Virus record (IMG/VR): IMGVR_UViG_2913091994_000006 | Coordinates: 4,043-68,042 of that record | Direction: 5' to 3' (one strand) | Length of the DNA stretch: 64,000 nucleotides | Source: a virus | Taxonomy: Duplodnaviria; Caudoviricetes | Part shown: positions 8,001 to 17,561 of the stretch, piece by piece | Layout: the number at the start of each line of letters is the position of its first letter | Position numbering within the stretch: position 1 is the stretch's first letter | Position numbers and translations under genes: made by a program | The notes under the pieces: generated by a model | Database searches by the model: none | Told to the model about the DNA's origin: nothing | What the model saw: only the letters and a program-made list of their open reading frames with translations

Positions 8001-10508
8001 TTAACCCCTTGCCCAATATGGACGCTCAATAACCTCAAATCCCCAACCCCATTTATTTGAGGATTTACATTCGTGATAAGTATTTAAATCTCTGCGAAAA
8101 AGGGAATAGCCAATATCGTGATGTTCGTCTTCGAGAATGTAGAGATGTGCCGGATATTTTCCACAATCAATACTTTCGCTGACAGCAAGAAATGCAAATC
8201 TTGGTGTTTCACCTGAATAAGCCTTCCAGCCTTCGCAATACATGGCTGCCTGTACGTGATAGCGGAACTCTTCTACATGGCGTGCAAAACGACTCATATC
8301 CGCCACTTTTTTAACATCAAGAATTAAAGGACTATTAGTCAGAAATTTATCCGGGCGAATCCGACATAACTCTCCTGTTTCCGTATCCGTCCAGTAGATA
8401 GAAGATTCTGTTTTTCCCTCAGCCTCAAGTAACGCCCGGCATCCTGGATGTGCCATTACACTTCCATACATAAGTTCCAGTTTGCGTCCATCTTCGGCGG
8501 TCATGACTGTTTTGCCGGAGTTTGCGCAGTTTTCCAGAAACGCTTTTTCCTCTTCTTTACCAGCCGTTGTCCGGCGATTGAATTCCGGCACAATAATAAA
8601 GCGTTTTTTAAATTCATCCGGCTCCAGCAGGCGGCAGTGCAGGGCGGTTCCCATATCCAGCGCCTTTGTTTTTTCGGTATCGACAGGCGCAGCCTTGCGC
8701 CACTGGTAGAAGGCAGGACAAACGGCAATATCATCAAGCTGTGATTTACTGACGCCGGGGCCAGCGTGATACGCCTCGTTAGCGATATCAAAGTAGATAC
8801 CAGGCTGAATATCATCCGGTACGCGTGGTACTGGTTCCGTTTGTGGCGTTTCCGGTTCGTTCTGGTCTGCTACTGGCTTAGAGTGGTTGGATTCTGGCTC
8901 GTGCTGGTTCGAAAACGCTTCAGAATGGTCAACTGAATCAGTAGCATCAGTCGCCACTTCCGTTTTTTCGCCCTCATTTGAGGCGCTGTAATCGTTATGA
9001 ACCCACTTCGGATCGTTCGGGTCGCTGATGCCTGGTACGAAATCACCACGTTCGGCCGCGAGTTGCTCGCCGAATTTTTCGCGAAGGGCTTGCTCGCTAT
9101 CATCCGCTACAGCTACAGATGATTCAGTCTCCACCTGCTGTGGGTCCGGATGATGTTCAGTTGTGTCCTGTTCCACTGCTTCAGACGCTGCCGGTTCATC
9201 TGCCATTGCGCCTGCTGATTGCGGTTTTTCTTCATCATCGTTTGTACTCCCCTTCATTGGCATGGGCAGTGATGAGCGACCGCAGGCGATATTCACTACC
9301 AGCGGATCTGAGGTAGCGTGATCAGTTTCCGTCAATACTTTATTCAGATGCTCACGGTGACGGAAAGGTGACTCGTATAGGTTTTCCGGCGTGGTTTTTA
9401 CCGTTGCAATAACGCAGGCGCGGGAATAATCAAGGCCGCCAGGCATCGATACGAACAATTCGCGCGTTGCCAGCCACTCAGGATCGTCAACTGCGTTCAT
9501 GATGGCGTTTGCTTTCAACTCGATTTCCAGCGGCAGCGAGTAAATATCGAACTCGTACTTACGCGCAAGAAGTCCAAGAGCTATTTCAAATTCAAGACCA
9601 AGAATTGTTTGTGGCATTTTGCGATCTGACTGTATGCCGCCGCCAGCGTTAGCGCCTGATGGAGTACGGTTGATACAGGATACGCGGTTACCTTTTTGCC
9701 ATTCTTTAGCCAGCAAAATACGATCAATGGGATGGGCCTCAGAGTACGCCTGTACAAAATTCATCATCATATGTAGGGCGTGACGTTTGTCCTGTGGGAA
9801 AATCTTTTTAAAGGCGTCAGTGAATTTCCACAGATTCGGGTTATCCAGCTTATGTATTTCGGGTACGTTATGGCAGGCCAGCAGCATGTCCTGGATGTAG
9901 GTGTCATCCATATCCAGTTCCATACGATTTACTTCGGATAATTGTTCTGGGGTAATGCGATGCGAGAATTCACCCTCAAGGATAAACTGGGAGAGAATAC
10001 GATGACGTTCGCTCATTGAGGCAACCGGTTGAAGCATTTGTTTCTCAACGTCTGACATCAGTTCTCCGTTGACGTTATAAGCGTAAGCGGGGAGGGGATC
10101 GCCGGCTGAGTCGTCACTGTCAGCTTCGGTGTCGGTTACAGGCGTATCATTGATGACGGCAGTATTCTCCACGGCTTCTCTGTGAAACTGGTCAGCAGGG
10201 ACCGCGCCGGGGATCAGCATCATGGTTTTTCCGTCTTCACCGCCTTTTTCGTAACGGTTGCAGAATTCAGTATCAAACACGCCTTCAGGGGGAAGGTCGC
10301 CAATGGCAGGAAGATTGACGCGAACGGGTTTTTTAAAGTCGTCCTCGTCATACCCCTTATCGTCCATTGCCGCAATACAGCGTGAAACGGCTACGGATAA
10401 TTTTTTCGCTGTGGTCCAGAAGAAGCCAGCTTTTATTCCAAGCCGCTTTCTGGCCTCTTCATTTTTAACAGGACAGTGCAGCGCAAAATCTTCTTTATTA
10501 TCGCTCAT
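8001..10508 (-). CDS. recE: RecE / exodeoxyribonuclease VIII
   Basis: C-terminal PGIYFDIANEAYHAGPGVSKSQLD, CRIRPDK, DVKK, YHVQAAMY motifs. Confidence 0.9.
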   Translation of the reverse strand: MSDNKEDFALHCPVKNEEARKRLGIKAGFFWTTAKKLSVAVSRCIAAMDDKGYDEDDFKKPVRVNLPAIGDLPPEGVFDTEFCNRYEKGGEDGKTMMLIPGAVPADQFHREAVENTAVINDTPVTDTEADSDDSAGDPLPAYAYNVNGELMSDVEKQMLQPVASMSERHRILSQFILEGEFSHRITPEQLSEVNRMELDMDDTYIQDMLLACHNVPEIHKLDNPNLWKFTDAFKKIFPQDKRHALHMMMNFVQAYSEAHPIDRILLAKEWQKGNRVSCINRTPSGANAGGGIQSDRKMPQTILGLEFEIALGLLARKYEFDIYSLPLEIELKANAIMNAVDDPEWLATRELFVSMPGGLDYSRACVIATVKTTPENLYESPFRHREHLNKVLTETDHATSDPLVVNIACGRSSLPMPMKGSTNDDEEKPQSAGAMADEPAASEAVEQDTTEHHPDPQQVETESSVAVADDSEQALREKFGEQLAAERGDFVPGISDPNDPKWVHNDYSASNEGEKTEVATDATDSVDHSEAFSNQHEPESNHSKPVADQNEPETPQTEPVPRVPDDIQPGIYFDIANEAYHAGPGVSKSQLDDIAVCPAFYQWRKAAPVDTEKTKALDMGTALHCRLLEPDEFKKRFIIVPEFNRRTTAGKEEEKAFLENCANSGKTVMTAEDGRKLELMYGSVMAHPGCRALLEAEGKTESSIYWTDTETGELCRIRPDKFLTNSPLILDVKKVADMSRFARHVEEFRYHVQAAMYCEGWKAYSGETPRFAFLAVSESIDCGKYPAHLYILEDEHHDIGYSLFRRDLNTYHECKSSNKWGWGFEVIERPYWARG

Positions 10509-10665
10509 TGTTTTTTAACCTCAGTTAAGATTAAAATTGTTGAATCCAGTGAACTTCCCTCTACGAATTCTCACTGGATATTTCTCTGTTGGTAAGGCTC
10601 ATCGTCTGCCTCAGCATCGCCGGGATGTAAAGCCGGGAATGAGACCGCTTACGGGCGGTCTTTTT

Positions 10666-11505
10666 TCATACATGGCAGTCGTACAGCGACAGCATCGTTT
10701 CATCCTGTAATTTGCTGATTAATTCAGAAACCTTTTCGTTCCACTGATACTGAGTCACTTCATCCTCGAACAAACCAAACCAGCCCATTTCGCCTTTGGA
10801 TATCCAGTTACCTTCGTGAATAATTGCGTAAGGGGAAAGTACGCAATTAACCTGGCGAATGACGTACGCTTGCTCGTCGTCTCCGTAGTGCTCAACGGCG
10901 CATTCGAAAAGAAGGTTTATTCCGGCTTCTTTAATTGATTTTATCGCCGGCTGTGATTTATAGAATTCGCGAGCTTTATCAATGTCTTTAATTTCAGCAC
11001 GAACAGAAGTCCAGGTACGCGGAAATTCATGTCCGGAGACAGCGCCCGCAAATTTCTCATAATCGCGTTTTGCTTCAATGGCTTTATCGGACAGCATTCC
11101 CGCAAGATCTATATCACCTTTTCTTAGTGAGTTAGTGAGCATACCGTTTTTGTGAAGGAAAAAACCATCCCAGCGACCACCGAGACAATACCAGTCCCAT
11201 TTTGCATTTGGGTTTGTGCGGCGAACAGCTTTAATCAGTTCACCATTACGGATAATGGCATAACCGAATTTATGCTGGTCTGCTAAATCGAGTTCTGACT
11301 CATCAGAAACAATGCTGTCATCACCGAGATTGTAGATAACAGATTCTTCAACTGAACCTTGTTCTTTAACGTCACCGCGAACTTCTTCAGTGATATCTAT
11401 TTCCCGTATATATCGATCATCAATACCAGTACATTCAAATTCATGATAAGGAGCTAACGCTTGTTCAGGGTTATTACCGATAACTAAAACAGTAAAATGG
11501 CTCAT
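10666..11505 (-). CDS. Conserved hypothetical phage protein
   Basis: NPNAKWDWY..GGRW and YDCH motifs, 279 aa. Confidence 0.7.
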   Translation of the reverse strand: MSHFTVLVIGNNPEQALAPYHEFECTGIDDRYIREIDITEEVRGDVKEQGSVEESVIYNLGDDSIVSDESELDLADQHKFGYAIIRNGELIKAVRRTNPNAKWDWYCLGGRWDGFFLHKNGMLTNSLRKGDIDLAGMLSDKAIEAKRDYEKFAGAVSGHEFPRTWTSVRAEIKDIDKAREFYKSQPAIKSIKEAGINLLFECAVEHYGDDEQAYVIRQVNCVLSPYAIIHEGNWISKGEMGWFGLFEDEVTQYQWNEKVSELISKLQDETMLSLYDCHV

Positions 11506-11578
11506 ATAGTTTCCCTTTTCAGGTTGAGTAAACACCTGCCGTTGCTGGCATATATTGAAATTAATATTTTTAAATTAA

Positions 11579-11785
11579 TTAGTTTGTAAGTAGTTCACCT
11601 TTACCATCAAGATAAGCTTCTATAACTAAATCACGGACGGTAATGTTTTTACGAGTATTTGTTAGCGTCAGTTTTCCTCCTGTATTAGTTGTTGCTTTAT
11701 AAATCAGGCCGTTATATTTGACCATCGTTCCCGGAATCACGCATTGCCTGATTACTTCCATTGTGCCGTAGTGCTGATGCTTCAT
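11579..11785 (-). CDS. kilR: KilR-like cell-division inhibitor
   Basis: HYGTMEVIRQCVIPG resembles Rac KilR HFGTDEIPRQCVTPG. Confidence 0.75.
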   Translation of the reverse strand: MKHQHYGTMEVIRQCVIPGTMVKYNGLIYKATTNTGGKLTLTNTRKNITVRDLVIEAYLDGKGELLTN

Positions 11786-11788
11786 TTC

Positions 11789-12070
11789 TCAGTCCTCTAC
11801 CTGTAATTCGCTATTTCTAATTTCAATCCAGTCGGACACATCGCGGATATCAAAATTATCAAGAAAACTGCTGAGTTTGTTATGATCGGAAATCCAGTCA
11901 GCAATTTTATCTTCACCTATTTTTTCCAGAATAGCTGAATCATCATCAACGGATTCAATAAGGTCAGATAATGAGAGGCCTTCAATTTCAACACCTACAC
12001 GATGGGTATTGACAGGTTTTATTATTGCATCTTGCCCCTCTACGTAAATGCCTATGGTTATCATGTTCAA
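11789..12070 (-). CDS. Acidic hypothetical protein (paralogue 1)
   Basis: ORF track; similar to the neighbouring ORF. Confidence 0.6.
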   Translation of the reverse strand: MNMITIGIYVEGQDAIIKPVNTHRVGVEIEGLSLSDLIESVDDDSAILEKIGEDKIADWISDHNKLSSFLDNFDIRDVSDWIEIRNSELQVED

Positions 12071-12363
12071 CTCTCCTTTGATACCGTCCAGCCTTTACTT
12101 TCCAGATATTCAGCAAGGTTCTCTTCATGACATTCATCAAGGAATTTTTCAATATACAGTTCGTCGTCATTATTAAACCAGAAAGCTATATTAGCCTCGC
12201 CGATCCCTTTAAGAATATCTGATTCACTAACGTACTCCATAAATTCTTTTAAATCGGCACCTTCAACGTCAACACGAAGTTTTTTATCGTAACCTCTTTT
12301 CACGGTCACGCTGGATGCGATAACTTCAAAATCAACTTTCATAGTCATGTCTCCTGTATTCAT
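12067..12363 (-). CDS. Acidic hypothetical protein (paralogue 2)
   Basis: ORF track; similar to the neighbouring ORF. Confidence 0.6.
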   Translation of the reverse strand: MNTGDMTMKVDFEVIASSVTVKRGYDKKLRVDVEGADLKEFMEYVSESDILKGIGEANIAFWFNNDDELYIEKFLDECHEENLAEYLESKGWTVSKES

Positions 12364-12439
12364 TTGTAAAAAGGGCGGCAGCGCAGCAAGGGAAAACTGA
12401 TACCGCCAAGACTACACACAGCAATGTTACGGTCCTAAT

Positions 12440-12521
12440 CGCAACCGGAAGCGCACTGTCGCAGTGGATTAACGACAAAACCAGTAAGGAATGGTCCTGC
12501 GTAGTGCGCTTTCGTGTTGTG
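12440..12521 (-). promoter_or_regulatory. Long hairpin in the early transcript, likely RNase III processing site
   Basis: CGCAACCGGAAGCGCACT pairs imperfectly with AGTGCGCTTTCGTGTTGTG. Confidence 0.4.
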
Positions 12522-12616
12522 TGCTCCGTAACGTGGAGCCGACGGCCTGTAGTTTCACCACTTATGGCCCGGTGGTATGCTGGTAGTTCCTACAACAGCC
12601 AGCATAAGGAGTACTT

Positions 12617-12895
12617 ATGGCTAAATTCATCGTTCGTATTGAACTTCGTAACTCAAAAGATGCCGATTACGATGAACTTCACAAAAAAATGACTTCTAAC
12701 AAATTTGTTCGGTTTAGCGAAATTGATTGCAAGTTATTATGGCTCCCGAATGCGGAGTATGAAATCACCTCCACTAAAAGCATTAATGACATAGCCAGTC
12801 TCGCAAAATCTGTTGCTGAAAAAATCAGTCCCGCTCCTAAAGTGCTTGTAACGGAGGTGAGCAATTTATTTCAACTCGGACTCGACAAATACTAA
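12617..12895 (+). CDS. GhoS/DUF2622-like small protein
   Basis: MAKFIVRIEL...DYDELHKKM...LPNAEY pattern; RBS AAGGAG upstream. Confidence 0.6.
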   Translation: MAKFIVRIELRNSKDADYDELHKKMTSNKFVRFSEIDCKLLWLPNAEYEITSTKSINDIASLAKSVAEKISPAPKVLVTEVSNLFQLGLDKY

Positions 12896-13291
12896 CTCCG
12901 ATAAGAGGAAATCCACTACCTCCTGACACGGTATTGAGTTCTCAACTTTGGTGATGGATTTCTTTAACCTGTCAGTGAGACTCTTAATATCAGGCTCTCC
13001 CTGTTTTTGTTGAACAAGGAGGGTTTGTTCTGTAGTTTCTGAACATCCTGTATCCACTATATTTCTGATAACCTTTACCAGTGTCTTACATTGAGCGCCT
13101 GCTGGTGAATTACAAAAAGCATCAAGCGTATTTAATATGTTATTTTCGACCCGTTCCTTTCTTCTTTTTTCAATGTCGATGTCGCTGATAAGCTTCATAA
13201 GCGCCTGAACACGTTCCTCATTGAATTTCTTGAATTGCAGTGCATCAGTCACAAGGAACGTGATAACATCTTTTATTGCATCATTTTTCAT
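12866..13291 (-). CDS. Hypothetical protein
   Basis: 141 aa AT-rich ORF. Confidence 0.55.
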   Translation of the reverse strand: MKNDAIKDVITFLVTDALQFKKFNEERVQALMKLISDIDIEKRRKERVENNILNTLDAFCNSPAGAQCKTLVKVIRNIVDTGCSETTEQTLLVQQKQGEPDIKSLTDRLKKSITKVENSIPCQEVVDFLLSELVFVESELK

Positions 13292-13329
13292 AAATACACC
13301 CTTTATGCTCTATAGGTTTGCGATTAAAG

Positions 13330-13743
13330 TTACTCGCATTCGGTACAGAATTCCTCTTCACAGCAATATTCAGTAAGGTGACACTCAACACATAACCATT
13401 CTTTACCATCAAATAAGTAGTTATATTCCTGTTGTTCTTTCTTAAGGACTTCGGTGAAAAGATAGTAATTGCGAGCCAGTGTGTTTTGTTCGCCACGGTC
13501 ACGACCATAATAAATCGTATATCCTTCCACTGGATGACAAAATGAATGACCTTCCGGCTGGTCGCAGTGTTCGCCAAGAACTGAAATATCGCCACCTGCA
13601 ATGAGTACCTCGGCTTTTTCCTGAGAGTTATAATGCAGGGCTAATTTTTTACCTACACCTTCAGGATAACCATCGAAATGACAATATACGGTCTGGAATT
13701 TTCCGTTGGAAGTTTTTACAGTAATGCTGCTGTGTGTAGCCAT
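13330..13743 (-). CDS. Conserved hypothetical phage protein
   Basis: VYCHFDGYPEGVG and YYGRDRGE motifs. Confidence 0.7.
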   Translation of the reverse strand: MATHSSITVKTSNGKFQTVYCHFDGYPEGVGKKLALHYNSQEKAEVLIAGGDISVLGEHCDQPEGHSFCHPVEGYTIYYGRDRGEQNTLARNYYLFTEVLKKEQQEYNYLFDGKEWLCVECHLTEYCCEEEFCTECE

Positions 13744-13802
13744 TTTATTTACCCTTTATATTTAAAAGATGAATACGCCAGAACAATGCAGATTCAGCAA
13801 AA

Positions 13803-13970
13803 TTAATCGTCTTCTTCGGTGTTTCGTTTAAACCAGTTTTCAGCGCCAGTTTCAGTTTTAAAGGTTTTGCTTCTGGTGAATGTCATCGCAGTAAACGAAC
13901 CATCGTGGTTGGGAAATACGCCGCTAACCTGTGATTCGTTATTGTTAAGGTCGATAGTTTTCATCTGCAT
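13803..13970 (-). CDS. DUF1391 (YdaF/YdfA-like) small protein
   Basis: Manual translation MQMKTIDLNNNESQVSGVFPNHDGSFTAMTFTRSKTFKTE. Confidence 0.75.
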   Translation of the reverse strand: MQMKTIDLNNNESQVSGVFPNHDGSFTAMTFTRSKTFKTETGAENWFKRNTEEDD

Positions 13971-14094
13971 CACCTTTTAACTTTGGTGTGGAAAGTGCCT
14001 CTGAAAATTCAGCAAAGCTCAGAACTTCTTCACCTTCGGCAAGACTTTCGAAATACACCTCATAAGCCCTGTCCATGTAATCGCTGTGATTCAT
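13945..14094 (-). CDS. YdfB-like small protein
   Basis: Manual translation MNHSDYMDRAYEVYFESLAEGEEVLSFAEFSEAL. Confidence 0.65.
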   Translation of the reverse strand: MNHSDYMDRAYEVYFESLAEGEEVLSFAEFSEALSTPKLKGDADENYRP

Positions 14095-14145
14095 ACCGAC
14101 CCTTCCCGCTTAACGCCTGATAGCTGGTTTGCCTCTGCTGGACAG

Positions 14146-14583
14146 CTATTTGGTAAGCATTATGTTCAACAACTGTTCGCGTACTATCTGACGTTTGTGC
14201 TCAGGCATGGACAGGTACTCTTTACTTATGGCTATCTGTTTTTCGAAATAGTCGACAATAGCTTTTGAAATCACATCCGGCAGTTGCGGAGAGCCACTAA
14301 GAAGCATATGTGATTCAGCCGGATTATGAGCCATGCGATCCAATATGCGTGATGCAATTCGTTGACCGTGAGGAATGAATTTTATGAAGGTTTCAAAGGC
14401 AGCATCAAAAACATTTTCGCCATCTTCGTTTACGGCAGTTAGGGTAATACCGAGCATAGCAGCTTCACGTACCTTTTCCCTGGCCGCCTGGATTGCGCTT
14501 TCTTGTGGAATGCAGGAATCAATAATTTCTACTGGTTCAGACTTCCGATCGAGGATATGGATTGCCATTTTTTGAAACCTCAT
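14146..14583 (-). CDS. Hypothetical protein, first gene after a leftward promoter
   Basis: 145 aa ORF downstream of the TGTACTA-N15-TATAAT motif. Confidence 0.55.
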   Translation of the reverse strand: MRFQKMAIHILDRKSEPVEIIDSCIPQESAIQAAREKVREAAMLGITLTAVNEDGENVFDAAFETFIKFIPHGQRIASRILDRMAHNPAESHMLLSGSPQLPDVISKAIVDYFEKQIAISKEYLSMPEHKRQIVREQLLNIMLTK

Positions 14584-14601
14584 AGTTCTGTGTCTATGAG
14601 G

Positions 14602-14631
14602 TTATTATAACTTTGTTTACTTCTTAGTACA
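14602..14631 (-). promoter_or_regulatory. Leftward promoter motif copy 1 (TGTACTA-N15-TATAATAA)
   Basis: Same motif and spacing at 29268-29297 and 46378-46407. Confidence 0.6.
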
Positions 14632-14647
14632 GTAAAATTTAGCTAAA

Positions 14648-14893
14648 TTAGTAAATTTTTTTACTCTTTGGTTTTGCGGGGCTCGAAGGCACTGATTCGT
14701 TAGAAAACGGATCGGCGCCTTCTTTCTCAAGGCGGAGGAGTCCGTTAAGCACAATTTTTCTGACCATTTTTGAAGAAATTTTTGCCGGGTTTTTGATGAT
14801 TTCAGCGAACTCCTCCTCATCTGCTTTAAGGCTGGGTGTGAGCGATATTTGACGATTTAAGCTATTGCGAAATAAAAACTTTTTAAAGTTCAT
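14648..14893 (-). CDS. Hypothetical basic protein
   Basis: 81 aa ORF. Confidence 0.4.
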   Translation of the reverse strand: MNFKKFLFRNSLNRQISLTPSLKADEEEFAEIIKNPAKISSKMVRKIVLNGLLRLEKEGADPFSNESVPSSPAKPKSKKIY

Positions 14894-14943
14894 AAATAAC
14901 CCCGTTGATTGAAATTAGTGCATATCCATTGAAAAATGGCCTT

Positions 14944-15597
14944 TCAACTGGGATGTCCGCTTTCTTCTTGAGAGAAAGGAAATGGGGTCGTGATTCGTTT
15001 GTAAATACCTTCTGCAGCCGACTCTTGTCGATAGCACCAGGTCATAAGTTCGTTAAAAAATGGTCTCCAGTGTCGCGAGTAGCTGGACTGTGAGACACTG
15101 ACAAATAATGTGAGCACATGAAGGCAACGACCATGAGAAAAGGGCTTTAATCCTGAGCCTTTACACCGTGAGCATGTTTTCATCACTGGTTTTCCCGATT
15201 TTATGGATTTCTTGATGTCACGAATTTCACCCCGCCCACCACAAAGACACTTTGCACCCTTAGTGTCCGCAGTCCGGCAGTACTCTTCCAGCACGAGCAT
15301 TGCCATGACCGAAACAGCAATGGGGAAGTTGCCATCAGGAATGCGGGAAAAATACTTCCACGAAATTGACGAAGCATATTTTTGCAGATCGCGTAACGCG
15401 AGTTCGGCAGCATGAAGGTCTTTTGTGTATTTGGCATATATCAATGACAATCCCGCCCGACATCTGGACTGAGTGATGCCGAGGGAGGCGACAATATCAT
15501 CACGGTTAAGGCGATCATCTCCCGAACAACCAGAAGGATGGGCTACAATCTGTGGTGATTTCGGATCGCCAATAGTGATGGCATACTTCAGTCTCAT
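14944..15597 (-). CDS. Q: Lambda-type late antiterminator Q
   Basis: MRL..PKSP, YCRTADTKGAKC, CSRCKGSG zinc finger and SYSRHWRPFF align with lambda Q. Confidence 0.85.
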   Translation of the reverse strand: MRLKYAITIGDPKSPQIVAHPSGCSGDDRLNRDDIVASLGITQSRCRAGLSLIYAKYTKDLHAAELALRDLQKYASSISWKYFSRIPDGNFPIAVSVMAMLVLEEYCRTADTKGAKCLCGGRGEIRDIKKSIKSGKPVMKTCSRCKGSGLKPFSHGRCLHVLTLFVSVSQSSYSRHWRPFFNELMTWCYRQESAAEGIYKRITTPFPFSQEESGHPS

Positions 15598-15669
15598 TCT
15601 GCTAGTGTCTCACGGTTGCTTATAACGGTATTGCATGTGCTATGCACTATGATTGCTGGATTCTTGCCC

Positions 15670-15900
15670 TTACTTGAGCTTCTCCCCGCGCTGCCGAATG
15701 ATTATCTCTGCGTACAGTACATAAGCCGTTTCTCCATATATGTAAGTTTTTTTGATGAAAAATCCTTCACTTTCTTCCCGCAACTGAGGAATGCGCATCA
15801 ATATTTCATCCACCAGTCGGTTGAGTTTTCGCACACTAAAAATGGTGCTGGTAATAATGAGTCTGGCCTCCATGCCAGCATCCTGAAACTCAATTTTCAT
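15670..15900 (-). CDS. Hypothetical protein
   Basis: 76 aa ORF overlapping the upstream gene. Confidence 0.55.
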   Translation of the reverse strand: MKIEFQDAGMEARLIITSTIFSVRKLNRLVDEILMRIPQLREESEGFFIKKTYIYGETAYVLYAEIIIRQRGEKLK

Positions 15901-16789
15901 AGCGGTTAATCCGGGCCAGGTATTTTTTCGCGTTGTTCACCGCGCCGCCCAGTTTTGTACCGGCCTCAACAATCGCGGTCAGTCTGCGAATTTCCCTCAC
16001 GATTTCTTTGGGGGCTGGAGTGACCTGAAGTCCGTAACGTCTGACGGCCTGTACTGCACTATGCGCTTTTTGCAGGCGTGCGAGCTGCGCCTTGTGCCGA
16101 CGCAAATTTTTCGCCACGGTGCGGGGGGAGGGGAGTTCCATCACATCAGGCACTACTGATAGAGTGTCTGCCAGTGGGATGTCGCTGACGGATTCGGCTC
16201 CGGCACTGGCGATATCTGGAGCATCGGCAGACTCGTCAGAAGCTTCCTGCGCGTCAGTTTTCACCACTTCCTGCGATGGTTCGGTTTTATCGGTGACAAT
16301 TACGTCAGGACTGGCTCTGTCGGTATCCGCTACTGGCTCCACGGTCGGCTCTGGTTCATGCGCTGAAACTGACTCTGGCAGGGTGTAGCAATATTTGCCG
16401 TCCTGCTTGATGCGGCTCAGGCGGCCTTTTCCGGTTGCTGTGGCCAGTGTCGAAATAACCTTACGGGATGTGATACCAAACAGCGTCGCAAGATCTTCGG
16501 CGGTCTGTGGACCATGCTCCCTTATGACGTCCATCAGTTGTGGCTCACCGATTTTAGCGGCGGTATCATTCGGCACTTTCGGCTTCGACGTTTTGCGCTT
16601 AACCGTTTTCGTCGTGGCTGGCTTGATGCCAGACAGCGACCAGTAACCGTTCAGAAATGTTACCGTGCCGATTTCCTGCTGCTCGTTCAGCAGGTTCAGC
16701 GCGTCCCGTGGTTCAATATCCAGCCTTGCCGCAATTTCGCGTGCAGTGGCTTTTCCCATCGCTTTCAGCGCATCAAGTACAGATTCCAT
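15890..16789 (-). CDS. DUF1627-like winged-HTH protein
   Basis: MESVLDALKAMGKATAREIAARLDIE N-terminus, usual position after the DnaC-like gene. Confidence 0.75.
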   Translation of the reverse strand: MESVLDALKAMGKATAREIAARLDIEPRDALNLLNEQQEIGTVTFLNGYWSLSGIKPATTKTVKRKTSKPKVPNDTAAKIGEPQLMDVIREHGPQTAEDLATLFGITSRKVISTLATATGKGRLSRIKQDGKYCYTLPESVSAHEPEPTVEPVADTDRASPDVIVTDKTEPSQEVVKTDAQEASDESADAPDIASAGAESVSDIPLADTLSVVPDVMELPSPRTVAKNLRRHKAQLARLQKAHSAVQAVRRYGLQVTPAPKEIVREIRRLTAIVEAGTKLGGAVNNAKKYLARINRYEN

Positions 16790-16808
16790 AAAATTTTCTC
16801 CTGAAAAA

Positions 16809-17555
16809 TTATTTGTGTTGGTTCACGTTTTGCCGCCAGCTTTCCCAGCCAAAAATTACCCAGCGCCCGCCGTTCATCCGCAGGCGGTCAGTCACCCGCT
16901 CCCCCGCCAGCGCCTTCAGTGCGTCAAAATTCAGGTTGGTGAGTATCCCGACCGATTTCATCGACGCAGTACGCCTGTCGACAATCTGGTTCAGGATGAC
17001 AAACTCGTTTTTCGTATCGCGCTGCACGCCAACTTCATCGAGCACCAGCAGGTCAACATCGCAAAGTCCCGACAGGAACGTCTCTTCGGATTTCCCCTTG
17101 TCGTAGCAGGCCCTGACACCGAGCATCACATCGGCCAGGGTGACAATCATCACGGTCTTACCCCGCGCCAGCAGCCGGTTCCCGATAGCCGCCGCCAGGT
17201 GATTTTTCCCGGTCCCTGTCGAGCCGCTGAACACGAAACTGGTAAAATCATCACTGCACAGACTTTCCGCGATGGATTTCGCCTGGCTCAGTGCGTGGCG
17301 CTGGCCATCGTTGACCACCCGGTAGTTCGCGAACGAACACCGGCGGTACAGGTCCCGAATCCCCGAACGACCGAAAATCTTCTCCGCCCTCGCCTGGCGG
17401 TTCTGGCGCTCGATTTCCTCGCTTCGCTTGCGCTCTTCGGACAGCAGCCATGCACGCCACTCGTCGGTGTTGCGGTACGGCGCGGCAGCGGCAGCACCTG
17501 ACGGAGCAAGACGGCGAAAACGTTCCAGAATCCCGTTGTTCGCGATGTTTTTCAT
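16809..17555 (-). CDS. DnaC/IstB-like helicase loader ATPase
   Basis: Walker A GSTGTGKNH, Walker B LLVLDEVG. Confidence 0.9.
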   Translation of the reverse strand: MKNIANNGILERFRRLAPSGAAAAAPYRNTDEWRAWLLSEERKRSEEIERQNRQARAEKIFGRSGIRDLYRRCSFANYRVVNDGQRHALSQAKSIAESLCSDDFTSFVFSGSTGTGKNHLAAAIGNRLLARGKTVMIVTLADVMLGVRACYDKGKSEETFLSGLCDVDLLVLDEVGVQRDTKNEFVILNQIVDRRTASMKSVGILTNLNFDALKALAGERVTDRLRMNGGRWVIFGWESWRQNVNQHK

Positions 17556-17561
17556 GGTGTA

